NCBI GenBank assembly: GCA_043228905.1
Contig: JBHGNT010000007.1
Coordinates: 8,494,001 to 8,558,000 of the forward strand
Direction of reading: 5' to 3'
From: Azolla caroliniana
Taxonomy: Eukaryota > Plantae > Polypodiophyta
Length of the DNA stretch: 64,000 bases
Both the position numbers and the translations under genes were made by a program. The notes under the pieces were generated by a model. It was not told the DNA's origin. It did not search any database and saw nothing but the letters and a program-made list of their open reading frames with translations. Below are positions 49,401-63,072 of the stretch, in pieces; positions within the stretch are counted from its first letter, which is position 1, and every line of letters starts with the position of its first letter.

Positions 49401-51678
49401 TCGCGGTTTCGATGACGTCGATTTCGAACAGTGGAATAATCCGAGGGTGCTTGTCTAGGTATACCTCTAATTCTGTATCATCCACCCCAACCAACATATT
49501 TATATCCTCCATGTACAATGGTCTCATGCCCTTGGGTTGTGCTGCCATTTACTCTGTTGGTACGCGGACCTTGGGCGTCCACGTCGAAAGTTGATACACT
49601 TGTGTTGCGAGCTCTGCTTGATATTCGCTGAACGAAGCCACGGTCTGCCCATCAGCATAGGATACGCTCCTGGGGCGTGAAGGGCGAGGACTACCGCCGA
49701 GATGTCGAAGCGATGTCCCCCCACGATAATGCCTACCTTGTGTATCAAGCCCAATGGTCGTACTTAGCGGGTATCCGCCATGCGAAGCCAAAACGGGCAA
49801 GCTTCCCATTCTGAAATTCCCAATTGTTCGCATGTCTTTGCGCTAATTACATTAACGCCCGAGCCGCCATCGATTACACATCCTAGGATTTCCTGACCGT
49901 GTAGTATCAACTTAATAGCCGGATCGTGGTCATCGACCACTGATGGTCCGACGCTAATGTAAATTTGCGGCGACGCTTCCCCAGGTCTGCCCGTCATCCG
50001 CTCTTCCACGGCCTGGTGGAATCGTGGGACTAGTTGCAGTAGCTTCTCCATGGTTAACGTTATCTCGCATCTTGTCAGTGCTTGCCATATGGGATCCGGA
50101 GATGGTCCTTGTTCCTCCAATAGTTCCACCATGTTTGCGGACTCCTTCCGCATGCGTTCCGTATTTGCCGAGTTTGCTAAACCCTAAACCCTTGCCCTTG
50201 CGTACTGGGCATTGTGTAACATAATGTTCGGGTTGTTGACAAACAAAACAATGGATGCTAGACTCACCCTTCTCGGCCCCTGGTGGTATGTGCCGATCCC
50301 CAGGTGTGACTTGCTCCTCCCGGTACTGATTCGTTCGTCAGAGCGTACGCGGTGGTTGTTGTTGGTCCCGACGCGGTTCCTAGTGCAGGTCATCGTCCGA
50401 ACTTTCGTCGTACCGCCGTTGGTCCTGATATTGGCGATGCTTTCCGCGAGGCCCATGGAAGCTACCACGTTTGTTCGTCGGACGGTAATTCTCATAGCGT
50501 CGACCCCCTTTAGTATTTCAGTAGTTGCCACGGTAGTCTTCATCCTCCGGTTAGTCTTCCTCGAAATCGTTGTGATTCTGGCGATTCCGGTAGTGCCGGT
50601 CATCGCGTGGGTTCCGATCCATATACCGTGGTCGTTCTTCTTGCCGCCTTTGTTCATTAGGGCGTGGGGGACGCTGTGTTTCAACGCTGCATATTGTGGG
50701 CGTGTGATCTGTTCAACATATTGTACTCGCACTGCTCAACTATGTGAGCGTTCAAGTGACAGATTGGACAGTGGATTCGCATGTTGCATTCAACTGCGGA
50801 ATACCCCGAATTCAAGCAAATCGTGCACTGGATCGCTTGGTGAAAATGTCCTTCCTCGTCCTCAAGTAACGCTTGTCGTAATGAGGACATGGAAAACCTT
50901 TCCTCTTCTTCGTCTAGCTCGAGTTGTAGCGCTCTTTCTATGACCATATCGGTTGTTTCCCCTTTGACGCTATTTTTGTTGAGCGTTGTCCATATGGGTC
51001 GTCGTAATGCTGCCAGAAATGTCTCCCTATCCTCGTCCTCCGTTGGGCCCCGTTCTAATTTCCGCCGTAGATTTTGGAAGCGTAAACTAAAATCCACTAC
51101 TATCTCGGTCGGCAACTGTTTAATTCTGTAAAACTGCCTGAGGATTTTGCGTTGCAACACCCTCCGATGAAAAAACAACAGAAAGGCTGACTGCAACTAG
51201 TCGAAGGTCGTGATTGATGGCAGATCCATCTGCGAATGCCAAAACGCCGCTCGGCCATCCAAGGTTAATCTGAACTCCGTCATTTTGGACTGGTGCACTA
51301 CTGCTTCGGAAAGGGTCTGCGCCATGTGGTTTGCATTCTAGACATTAAGGAACAATCGGATGTGGGTTACGGCATCGGTTTCGCCGTTGAAACGGGGATA
51401 AGCAAAGGCCATGCTGGATGCTACGGCGGGCAGGTAAGGACCATAGTACTTTTGTAGTGAGCGGGCTTCCTGCGTATCGCCGAGGTATTTAGGGAGCGAG
51501 AAATCGTCTTTGTGGTTCCAAGAGGTATCACTGAGATCACTGAGGCGCGGCTTTTGCCATGCGCGTTGCTCTGCCTAGCGTGTCATGGACCTTGTGATTG
51601 GTCGGTCTTGTCGTGTTAGTTCTGTAAGGCGTTTGCGGCTAAACATCCATTTGTCGATGCTCGTCTGTGAGAAGACAT
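46457..51678 (-). pseudogene. pol: gag-pol of Gypsy copy B (many stops and frameshifts; start position uncertain)
   Basis: Gag with Cys/His knuckles, protease IDGGSGVN, RT FLDDF, RNase H, integrase WGLDFVGP, WTGPY; no chromodomain and no second RNase H seen. Confidence 0.9.
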
Positions 51679-51682
51679 AGAT

Positions 51683-51696
51683 CACTAGGCATGCCA
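51683..51696 (-). other. PBS, tRNA-Arg(TCT)-like
   Basis: TGGCATGCCTAGTG, 4 nt inside the 5' LTR end. Confidence 0.75.
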
Positions 51697-51903
51697 AAAG
51701 TGTTACTGATTAGGAACACGGTCCACGGTCAGTCCTTCAACCTAGACCTCAAACTGACTGTGTTGCAATGAATGGTATCGTCGTAGTGGGATACCTCCCG
51801 TATCCTAGTAGCGTATAAGGGAGACAGCTACAACCAAACTCCTTAGACAGTGGACTAGCAACCACACTGTTCCTCACGCCTACAGTCTTACGACTGCACT
51901 ACG

Positions 51904-54900
51904 TGTTAGATATAATCAATGATCAGCCCCAAGTTGTATATCTATCCCCATATGTGCTCTTAGAGTGCACATTTTGTGATAGCGCCCCAAATGAGGAGCG
52001 GCTAGTGTGCAACTCGACCATATGGGTCGATAAGGTGTTAATCTAGGAAACCGTAGATGCGTAGGACACAATATATTTAGGAAAGAGAGAAATAGATAAA
52101 AGGATTGGCTAATGAAGTCAGCTAGAATATTTAGTGGGCAAGTTACGATGTACTTAGTCTTGAAGTATGCGTCATTGACTTCAAGATAAGTATTATCTAG
52201 CACTAGCCTGTACCTAGGGAGTTGGGTCATATTAAATGACAAGTCAGTTGACAGAAAAGGAATATCTCCACTACTGTCAACTGACTTGCACATTTATACT
52301 AAGACCAAACATAGATTATAAGTCACTTTTCTCACACAGTGGTGAGATTGATCATTAGTCTCCACTAATTTTGTAGTGAGCCGGTCCATATCCTATCTAA
52401 GCTCTAAGGTGTGAGCGCATGGGAAAACTACCATTTTGAACTACTCTCATATGTAATAGAAATTCTGTTTTCATATATCCATCTCTGCAGTTGTAACTCT
52501 ATATACCTATCTACTCGATTCTCAATATTTCTAATATGGTATCAGAGCGAAGAGGTTGATCTAGATTAGGTATATACGGGTAGTTGCTGTCTAGCAACAG
52601 AGAGAAATAGAGAGAGAGAGAGAGAGAGACAGAGTATCAATGGCCTTGTCCACGAATGTTGCAGCTGCTCCATTGCGCATTCGCCCACCTCCATTGTCTG
52701 ATGGAAAGCTAGATGGAACCAACTACACTCTATGGAAGTTCAAAATGTCTGCCATTTTGGATTCCTACGAGTTGTTGGAAACAATCATGGGACCCACAGG
52801 GGGAGACCCTGAGCCCATGGCAACCTTTGACCCTACACACCCTACCACATCAATTCCTCCAAATGCTGATCTACTTCGAGCCTGGAAGAGAAGGAATGCT
52901 GATGCGCTATGTACCATAGTCACTGGTGTATGTGACTCCGTACTAACACTAGTGCAACATACAACTAGGGCACATGAAGCTTGGAGCATATTGGCCAGCC
53001 AGTATGAGACCAGAAACTATACAAGGATACAAAACCTCGAAAATCAGCTTGCTGCAGAGAAGCTCGCTGATGGAGAGAAAGTAGAATCCTTTGTAAAAAG
53101 GATTAAGGATCTTCAAGATCAGCTGGCGGCTGTTGGAGTAGTCGTCTCTCAAGAGGATATGGCTCGTCGGTGCATTCGAGTACTTCCTTTCAAGTATGAT
53201 GGCATTGTGACAGCATTGAACACTCAGGTTCGACCCACTCCTTTAAAATTTGATGAACTAAGTGCAATGCTGCTTGAAGAGGAGCTTCGGCTGAAGACAA
53301 GAGAAGAAAGGGAAGATTTAGCATTTGTCTCTAGGACTAACGGTGAAGGGGCATCCAATTCAAACAATGCGAATAGGATACCGAAGAAGAAGAAGTTCAA
53401 TGGATCGTGTTTCTACTGTGACAAGAAGGGTCACACAATCAAGGATTGTCGAAAGAAGATGGCGGATGAGAAGAATGGTTCTAATAAGACTTCTTGGAGA
53501 GAGCCCGAGTCCGCTAACAATGTCGTAGATGAACTAGAGTTATGGGTCGCAACTAAAGAAGTGTGTTCTTCAGTTGATACTCAAGTTGTTGATGAGTCTT
53601 GGATTCTCGATAGTGGAGCATCCCGACATATGACCAGTAATCGTGACTGGTACAGTTCTTGGACACCTCTACAAGAGCCCATCAATGTTGTGGTCGGGAA
53701 CAATGCTCGATGTCCGGCCAAAGGAACCGGAACCGTCTCCCTCAAAGCAACGACCGGTGGGACAAAGCATCTCTCTCAAGTGTTGTACGTGCCAGATCTG
53801 AAGAAGAATCTACTGTCCATTTCTGCACTGACTGACAAGGGTCTTGATGTTCGATTCAAGAAGTCGGGTGCAGAAATAACAGATTCTGCTGGCAAGGTTG
53901 TAGGAATAGGGGTGAGGCGCAACAATCTCTATGAGCTGCGCGCGTTTACCATTTCTACTGACCACAGCACAAGTACCAACACAAAGCAATGGCATGAGAG
54001 ATTTGGGCATCTCAACGTTGCTGTGTTGAAGGAGATGAAGAAGTCGAATATGGTAGTTGGGTTGCCAACCCTATCTGACTTAAGTCATGTTTGTGATGCT
54101 TGTATGATGGGCAAGCATCAAAGATCAGCCATTCCAAAAGAGAGTCAAAATCGGGCAAAGACTCCTCTACAGCTAATACACATTGACCTCTCTGGAAAAA
54201 TGGTGACTCCTGCAATGGGTGGATCTCTCTACTAAATGCTAATAGTCGACGACTTCAGCAGAAAGATGTGGGTTTACTTCCTTCGGGAGAAGGCTGAAGC
54301 TTTTAAAATCTTCAAAAGATGGCATAAGTTTGTCGAGCGAGAGTTTGGAAAGTTAGTGAAGGAGCTACGCTCTGATCGAGGTGGAGAATTCTTATCAATA
54401 GAATTCTGTGAGTATTGCAAAGAGCATGGAATTAAGCGCCAACTTACAACTGCCTACACCCCACAACAAAATGGCGTTGTCGAACGTCGAAATCGAACAG
54501 TTGTCGAGATGGCTAGGTGTATGTTGAAGGCACAAGCGCTGCCCGACCCATTCTGGGCTGAAGCAGTGAACACAGCAGTTTACATCCTCAATCAGAGCTA
54601 CACGAAGGCACTTCAAGGGAAAACACCCCAAGAAGCTTATTTAGGCAAGAAACCTTCAGTGCTGCACTTCAGAACCTTTGGGTGTATGTGCTACGCACAT
54701 ATTCCAGATGTGAGCAGAAAGAAGTTGGATGCTAAAAGCAAAAAGTGTATCTTTCTCGGATATAGTGAAGAGTCAAAGGCCTATCGACTCTACGATCCAG
54801 AGGCAAGAAAGATATTGACAAGCCGCGATGTGGTGTTCGATGAGGAACAACCACAGCTAGCTAAGAACAACGATTCTCAAGTTATCTCATCAACTGAAGA

Positions 54901-57361
54901 AGTATTTTACCCAATCCTGACCCATTATCCAAAAAAGGAAGCTGAACCATCTGATGGTAACGGTTCACTAGTTCAGCCTATGCCAGTCCCACATGTAAAG
55001 AAAATACCTAAGTGGGCTCAACAACTCTTCAATGATCATACTCCTAAAGTTGAGTTTCCTGAAACTTCAACTGATGGATTACGAAGATCAAGAAGAATAC
55101 AGGAGCAAGGAAGAACCTCTGACCACATTGTCAACATGGCTCTGATGGTGGACATCATAGGCTCAGTGAGTGGGCCGACCTCGGTGGAGGAAGCTATGGC
55201 CGACCCGAAGTGGAAAGAGGCGATGATATCAGAATATGATAGCATCATGAAAAATGACACATGGGAGTTGATAGAGAGGCCAACAAAGAAGAAGGTGATA
55301 GGCACGAAGTGGGTATGGAAAGTAAAGTATAAAGCTGATGGCTCTTTGGAGAAATTCAAGGCCAGGCTAGTAGCGCAAGGATACTCCCAAATTGAAGGGT
55401 TCGATGTACAAGAAACATTTGCCCCGACAGCTCGCATGACAACAATTCGAATGGTCATAGCGTTGGCTGCTTCAAGAGGATGGCCGATTTATCAAATGGA
55501 TGTCAAATCAGCATTTCTGAATGGGCATCTCAAGGAGGAGGTATATGTGACACAACCATCGGGGTTTGAGATACCGAATTCAGAAAACAAAGTTTGCAAG
55601 CTGAAGAAGGCACTATATGGTCTAAAGCAAGCACCAAGAGCTTGGAACAAGAGGATAGACAGCTTCTTACGATCAATCAACTTTAAGCAATGTGCTTCGG
55701 ATGCAAGTATGTATGTCAAAATGAAGGACGGGAAACAAGTCATCATTATCATTTACGTGGATGATCTAGTACTTACTGGTGACCATGAAGAGTGCATTGG
55801 CCAAACACAAGAGTGTTTGAAAACTGAGTTTGAAATGACAGACTTGGGGATTCTACACTACTTCCTTGGAATTGAGGTTTGGCAAACCTCGGTCGGCATC
55901 TTCATGTCACAAAGAAAGTATGCAACAGAGATCTTGAAGACCTTCGGGATGATGGACAGCAAGTCGAAGTCAACTCCAATGGAGTCAAACTGCAAGCTAT
56001 CCCAAGAAGACTCATCACCAATGGTTGACATAAGGAAGTATAGACAACTAGTAGGAAGTCTAATTTTCCTATGCAACACTAGGCCGGATATTTGTTTTGC
56101 AGTCAATGTGGTGAGTCGATTCAGCAACAAGCCGAAGGAGACTCATTGGAAAGCTGCTCTACGTGTATTAAAGTACATTGTGGGTACTTTAAATTATGGA
56201 ATCTTCTACAAGCCAACAATTGACCAACTTAGTGGATATTGCGACTCCGATTGGGCTGGAGATAGTGATTCCAGAAAATCAGTTTCTGGATATTGTTTTT
56301 CAATAGGATCTGGAGCTGTTTCATGGAGTAGTAAAAAACAACCAACAGTGGCACTATCTTCAACGGAGGCAGAATACAAAGCAGCATGCATAGCGGCATG
56401 CGAGGTAGTTTGGCTAAGAAGAATCCTTATGGATGTGGCAGTCCCAATAAGGACGGCAACGGTATTGAGGTGTGACAATCAGAGTTGCATGGCCATTGCC
56501 AAGAACCCCGTATTTCATGCACATACTAAACACATAGAGATTCAGTATCACTATGTGCGGGAGCTAATAAATGATGAGATTGTGGAGCTTGAGTACTGTC
56601 CAACATCAGAAAATGCTGCAGATATCTTCACAAAGGCGCTTGGAGCAGAACAGTTGCAACAACACCTTCGACGACTAGGTGTTGGCCCAATTCCAAGTGA
56701 ACTCAATGGGTTGATCATTGAGGGGGCGTGTTAGATATAATCAATGATCAGCCCCAAGTTGTAAATCTATCCCCATATGTGCTCTTAGAGTGCACATTTT
56801 GTGATAGCGCCCCAAATGAGGAGCGGCTAGTGTGCAACTCGACCATATGGGTCGATAAGGTGTTAATCTAGGAAACCGTAGATGCGTAGGACACAATATA
56901 TTTAGGAAAGAGAGAAATAGATAAAAGGATTGGCTAATGAAGTCAGCTAGAATATTTAGTGGGCAAGTTACGATGTACTTAGTCTTGAAGTATGCGTCAT
57001 TGACTTCAAGATAAGTATTATCTAGCACTAGCCTGTACCTAGGGAGTTGGGTCATATTAAATGACAAGTCAGTTGACAGAAAAGGAATATCTCCACTACT
57101 GTCAACTGACTTGCACATTTATACTAAGACCAAACATAGATTATAAGTCACTTTTCTCACACAGTGGTGAGATTGATCATTAGTCCCCACTAATTTTGTA
57201 GTGAGCCGGTCCATATCCTATCTAAGCTCTAAGGTGTGAGCGCATGGGAAAACTACCATTTTGAACTACTCTCATATGTAATAGAAATTCTGTTTTCATA
57301 TATCCATCTCTGCAGTTGTAACTCTATATACCTATCTACTCGATTCTCAATATTTCTAATA
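51904..57361 (+). mobile_element. Young full-length Ty1/Copia LTR retrotransposon
   Basis: 633-bp LTRs 51904-52536 and 56729-57361 (2 differences), TSD CTACG (51899-51903/57362-57366), PBS TGGTATCAGAGC (tRNA-iMet, 52537-52548), PPT gagggggcg. Confidence 0.97.
52640..56734 (+). pseudogene. pol: Copia gag-pol polyprotein with a single in-frame TAA (54233-54235)
   Basis: [64 protein letters not shown]; ORFs 52640-54235 and 54236-56734 are in frame. Confidence 0.95.
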
Positions 57362-57626
57362 CTACGCCACCCAAGAATCACAGACACATAGTTGATTAAC
57401 CACAAATACCGATAGGAATCAAAGAAGATAGAACTCTATTAAAATACGCCTTCTACATTGAAAATTACACGCTCCCTCTATCAGAGGTTTTCTGCCCTTT
57501 ATATACGCAGGGCAGGGTCTTTTAGCCGTTCACGCTTCCCGCGTGAACCGTTTACATGCGTTACAATATTACTCTATTCTTTATTACTGTGCTTTTGTCC
57601 GTCACTTACTATTCTGGCGGACAACA

Positions 57627-60600
57627 CTCTTAGGTGATGACTTTATGGGAGAAAATATTTCCATTCATGCAAAAAACTGAAACAATACATATGATCGCGT
57701 AAAATGATTTGTATCAATATTGTCATTGGTTGTATTTCTTGGTGTGAAAACAATATCGAAGTAGTACTATTTAATTTCCTTAAACATTTAAACTTTCTCG
57801 CAAGTAGGCTATGTTTCCATAAATCCAAAGAATTGAAGGAATACATCTAATTCCTTCGAAAGATTTTTTGTCACTGTTGTCATTAGTTATATTTTTTGGT
57901 GTGAAAACAATATCGGAGTCCTACTATTTAATTTCCCTGAACATAGTCTCTATTTTCTTTTTATAAGTAATTTCAATTTACGTTTTATCAAGTCATGTTG
58001 GCCGAGTGGTTAACGCTTGTGCCTTCTATGTACATTGCATCTCCTCCTGAGAGGATTGGTGTGAAAACAGTATCAGAGTAGTACTATTGAATATCCCTAA
58101 ACATTTAGACTTTGTCGTGAGTAGACTGTGTTTCCATACATCCAAAGAACTGAAAGGATACATGTAATTGCTTCGAAAGATTTGTGTCACTATTGTCATT
58201 GGTTGTATTTCTTGTTGCGAAAACAATATTGGAGTAGTACTATTTCATTTCCCTAAACATATATACTTTCTCGCGAGTAGATTGTGTTTCCATACATCCA
58301 AAGAATAGAAAGGATGCATGTGATTGCTTCGAAAGATTTGTGTCACCATTGTCATTGGTTATATTTCTTGGTCTGAAAACAATATCGGAGTAGTACTATT
58401 TAATTTCACTAAACATTTAAACTTTCTCACGAATAGGCTATGTTTCCATACATCCAAAGAATTGAAGGAATACAAGTAATTTCTTCGAAAGATTTTTTTG
58501 TCATTGTTGTTATTGGTTAGATTGCTTGGTGTCAAAACAATATTGAAGCTGTACTATTTAATTTCCCTGAACATTTAAAGTTTTTATTTTTCTTTTATAA
58601 GTAGTTTCAATTTCCATTTTATCAAGTCACGTTGGTGGCGTGGTTAAGGCTTGTACATGCTATGTACATGGCGTCTCCTCGTGAGAGTTTGAATCTCGTA
58701 GCTGACGAGTTATGGCAAGATTGTGTTCCCATACATCTAAAGAATTGAAGGTATACATGTGGTGGTTGCAAAAGATTTTGTGTCACTATTGACATTGGTT
58801 ATATTTCTTGGTGTGAAAACAATATTAGAGTAGTACTATTTAATCACATTTAGACTTTCTAGTGAATAGACTCTGTTTCCATACATCCAAAGAATTGAAA
58901 GGATGCATGGGATTGCTTTGAAAGATTTGTGTCACTATTGTCATTGCTTATATTTCTTGGTGTGAAATCAATATTGAAGTAGTATTATTTAATTTCCCTA
59001 AACATTTAAACTTTCTCGCGAGTAGAGTGTGTTTCCATACATCCACAGAACCGGAAGGATGATTGTGATTGCTTCGAAAGATTTGTGTCACTATTATCAT
59101 TTGTTATATTTCTTGGTGTAAAAACAATATCGGAGTAGTACTATTTAATTTCCCTACACATTTTATTTCCATACACATTTTATTTCCCTTAATTTTATAA
59201 CTAGTTTAAATTAAGTTTCTCACGTCACTTGATCGAGTGGTTAAGGCGTGTGCTTGCAAAGTACATGAGGTCTCCCCGCGAGTCTTCAAATTTCTTAGGT
59301 GACGACTTCTTGCAAGATTGGGTTTTCATACATCCAAAGAATTGAAGGGTTACATGTGATTGCTTCGATAGATTTTTTGTCACTATTATCATTGGTTATA
59401 TTTGTTGGTGTGAAAACAATATGGGCGTAGTACTATTTAATTCCGCTAAACATTTATAGTTGCTGGTGTGAAAACAATATCGTACTAATACTATTTATTT
59501 TTTGTCAAGACACTTTAGCCGAGTGGTTAAGGCGTCTGCCTGCTATGTACATGGGGTCTCCCCGCGAGAGTTTTAATCTCTCAGCTGACGACTTCAGGCG
59601 AGACAAAGTTTCCATACATGCCAAAAATTCAAACAATACACGTGATCGGTTAGAATGATTTGTATCAATATTCTCATTGGTCATATTTTTGGTGTGAAAA
59701 TAGTATCAGAGTAGTACAATTTAATTTTCCTAAACATTTAAACTTTCTCGTGATTAGACTGTGTTTCCATATATCCAAAGAAATGAAGAGGTACATGTAA
59801 TTGCTTTGGAAGCTTATTGTGAAAACAATTTCCGAGTTGTATTATTTAATTTCCCTACACATTTAAAGTTTCTATTTTCTTTTTACAAGTACTTTCAATT
59901 TACTTTTTATCAAGTCACATTGGCCGAGTTGTTAAGGTTTGATGCCTTCTAAATTCATGGCGTCTCCTCCGGAGAGTTCGAATCTCGTAGCTGAGAACTT
60001 ATTGCAAGATTGTGTTTCCATACATCTAAAGAATTGAAGTGATACATGTGATTGCTGCAAAAGATTTTGTATCACTATTGTCATTGCTTATATTTCTTAC
60101 TGTGAAAAGAATATCGGAGTATTGCTATATAATTACATTTAGACTTTCTAACGAGTAGACTGTGTTTCCATACTTCCAAAGAATTGAAAGCATACATATG
60201 TTTCCATACTATTAAATTTCCCTTAATTTTATAACTAGTAATTAAGTTTATCAAGTCAGTTTGGCCGAGTGGTTAAGGCGTGTGCCTGCTAAGTACATGG
60301 GGTCTCCCTATGAGAGTTCCAATCTCTCAGGTGACGACTTCTTGCAATACTGTGTTTCCATACTTCTTGCAATACTGTGTTTCCATACATTCAAAGAGTT
60401 GAAAGGTTATATGTGATTGCTTCAAAAGAACGAAAAGGATGCATGGGACTGTTTCGAAAGATTTGTGCTTATATTTCTTCGTGTGAAATCAATATTGAAG
60501 GAGTAGTACTATTTAGTTTTCCTAAACATTTAAACTTTCAATTTAAATTTTATAACTAGTTTCAAATTTAATTTTTGTCGCGAATAGACTTTGTTGCCAT

Positions 60601-63072
60601 ACATCCAAGGAACGGAAAAGATGCATGCGATTGCTTCGAAAGATTTGTGTCACTATTATCATTGGTTATATGTCTTGGTGTGAAAACAATATTTGAATAT
60701 TACTATTTAATGTCCCTAAATTTCATAACTAGTAATTAAGTTTATCAAGTCCCTTTGGCCGAGTGGTTAAGGCGTGTGCCTGCTAAGTACATGGGGTCTC
60801 CCTGCGAGAGTTCGAATCTCTCAGGTGACGACTTAGAACTTTCTCGCGAGTAAACTGTGTTTCTATACATCCAAAGAACGGAAAGGATGCATGTGATTGC
60901 TTGGAAAGATTTGTATCACTATTATCATTGCTTATATTTCTTGTTGTGAAAACAATATGGGAGTAGTACTATTTAATTTTCCTAAACATTTAATCTTTGA
61001 ATTTAAATTTTATATATAAATATAGTTTCAAATTTAATTTTTGTCAAGTCACTTTCGCCGAGTGGTTAAGGCGTGTGCTTGCTAAGTACATCGGGTCTCC
61101 CCACGAGAGTTCGAATCTCTCAAGTGCCGACTTCATTGTAAAAAATATTTCCATTCATGCAAAAAACAGAAACAATACAGGTAATTGCGTAAAATGATTT
61201 GTATAAATATTGTCATTGGTTATATTCTGTGGTGTTAAAACAGTATCACAGTAGTACTATTTAATTTCCCTACAAATTTAACATAACTAGTATTAATTAA
61301 GTTTATCACGTTACTTTGGCCGAGTGGTTAAGGCGTGTGCCTGCTAAGTACTTGGGGTCTCCCTACGAGAGTTAGAATCTCTTAGGTGATGATTTCTTGC
61401 TAGACTGTGTTTCCATACACCCCAAGAATGGAAAGGATGCATGGGATTGCTTCGAAAGATTTGTGTCACTATTGTCATTGCTTATATTACTTGGTATGAA
61501 ATCAATATCGAAGTAGTAGTATTTAATTTCCCTAAACATTTAAAATTTCTCGCGAGTAGACTGTGTTTCCCAACTTCAAAAGAACGTAGAGGATGCATGT
61601 GATTGCTTCGAAAGATTTGTGTCACTATTGTGATTGTTATATTTCTTGGTGTGAAAACAATATCAGAGTACACTATTTAATTACATTTCGACTTTCTAAC
61701 GAGTAGACTTTGTTTCCATACATCCAAAGAATTGAAAGCATACATGTGAGTCCTTATAAAGATTCGTGTCGCTATTGTCATTGGTTGTATTTTTTCGTGC
61801 GAAAACAGTATCGGAGTAGTACAATTTAATTTCCTTAAACATATAAACTTTCTCGCGAGTAGACTATGTTTACATGCATCCAAACAAATCAAGGAATACA
61901 TGTCATTAGTTCGAAAGATTTTTCTTTACTATTGTCATTGCTTATATTTCTTGGTGTGAAATCAATATTGAAGTAGTAGTATTTAATTTCCCTAAACAAT
62001 TAAATTTTCTCGCGAGTAGACTGTGTTTCCCAACTTCCAAGGAATGGAGACTGTGCTTCGAAAGATTTGTGTCACTATTGTCATTGCTTATATTTCTTGG
62101 TGTGAAATCAATATTGAAGTAGTACTATTTATTTTCCCTAAACATTTACACTTCCTCGCGAGTACACTGTGTTTACATACATCTAAAGAAAGGAAAGGAT
62201 GCATGTGATTGCTTCAAAAGAGTTGTGTCACTATTGTCATTGGTTATATATCTTGGTCTGAAATGAATATCGAAATAGTAGTATTTAATTTACCTAAACA
62301 TTTAAACTTTCTCGTGAGTAGACTGTGTTTCCAAACATCCAAAAAACGGAAAGGATGCATGTGATTGCTTCGAAAGATTTGTGTCACTATTGTGATTGGT
62401 TATATTTCTTGTTGTGAGAACAATATCTAAGTAGTACTATTTAATGTCCCTGAATTTCATAACTAGTAATTAAGTTTATCAAATCAATTTTGCCGAGTGG
62501 TTAATGTGTGTGCTTGCTAAGTACATGGGGTCTCCCCATGAGAGTTCGAGTCTCTTATTTGACAACTTCTTGCAATATTGTGTTTCTATATATCCAAAGA
62601 GTTGAAGGGTAACATGTGATTGGTTGAAAGCATTTATGTCACTATTGTCATTGCTTATATTTCTTGTTGTGAAATCAATATTGAAGTAGTACTATTTATT
62701 TTCCCTAAACATTTCAAGTTTTCCGCAAGTAGACTGTGTTTCTATACATCCAAAGAACGGAAGGGTTACATGTGATTGCTTCGAAAGATTTGTGGCACTA
62801 TTGTTATTGCGTATATTTCTTGGTTTGAAATTAATATTGAAGTATTACTATTTATTTTCCCTAAACATTTAACCTTTCTCGCGAGTAGACTGTGTTTCCA
62901 TACATCCAAATTACGGAAAGGATGCATGAGATTGCATCGAAAGATTTATGTCACTATTGTCATTGGTTTTATTTCCTAGTGTGAAATCAATATCGAAGTA
63001 GTAGTATTCAATTTCCCTAAACATTTAAACTCTCTTGCGAGTAGACTGTGTTTCCATACATCCAAAACAATA
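57627..63072 (+). repeat. tRNA-Ser-containing satellite, right block (more diverged)
   Basis: Monomer period 156 bp (gtaga at 58121 and 58277); tRNA-like copies near 58626, 59224, 59509, 59915, 60255, 60749, 61048, 61310, 62484. Confidence 0.94.

Larger units (their letters stand above)
44071..57626 (-). mobile_element. Non-chromoviral Ty3/Gypsy copy B: 5' LTR (split by Copia), PBS, gag-pol, most of ORF2; 3' end missing
   Basis: LTR 51701-57626 followed by ctctt (57627-57631); collinear with copy A; left end corresponds to copy A ~1555. Confidence 0.9.
51701..57626 (-). repeat. 5' LTR of Gypsy copy B (51701-51903 plus 57362-57626)
   Basis: tgttactga...ggacaaca; homologous to 452-908. Confidence 0.9.

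Noticed and set aside
50212-50943. 243-aa plus-strand ORF
   Set aside because: Antisense to the gag region of Gypsy copy B with no independent support.
51916-52293. 125-aa minus-strand ORF duplicated at 56741-57118
   Set aside because: Lies in the two Copia LTRs; duplication reflects LTR identity and no domain is recognisable.
54233-54235. Programmed stop-codon read-through in the Copia ORF
   Set aside because: The stop lies inside integrase, not at a gag-pol boundary, and has no recognisable read-through context; a point mutation is simpler.
452-57626. One intact 57-kb LTR element
   Set aside because: The TSD matches, but the interior holds two overlapping diverged copies separated by satellite.
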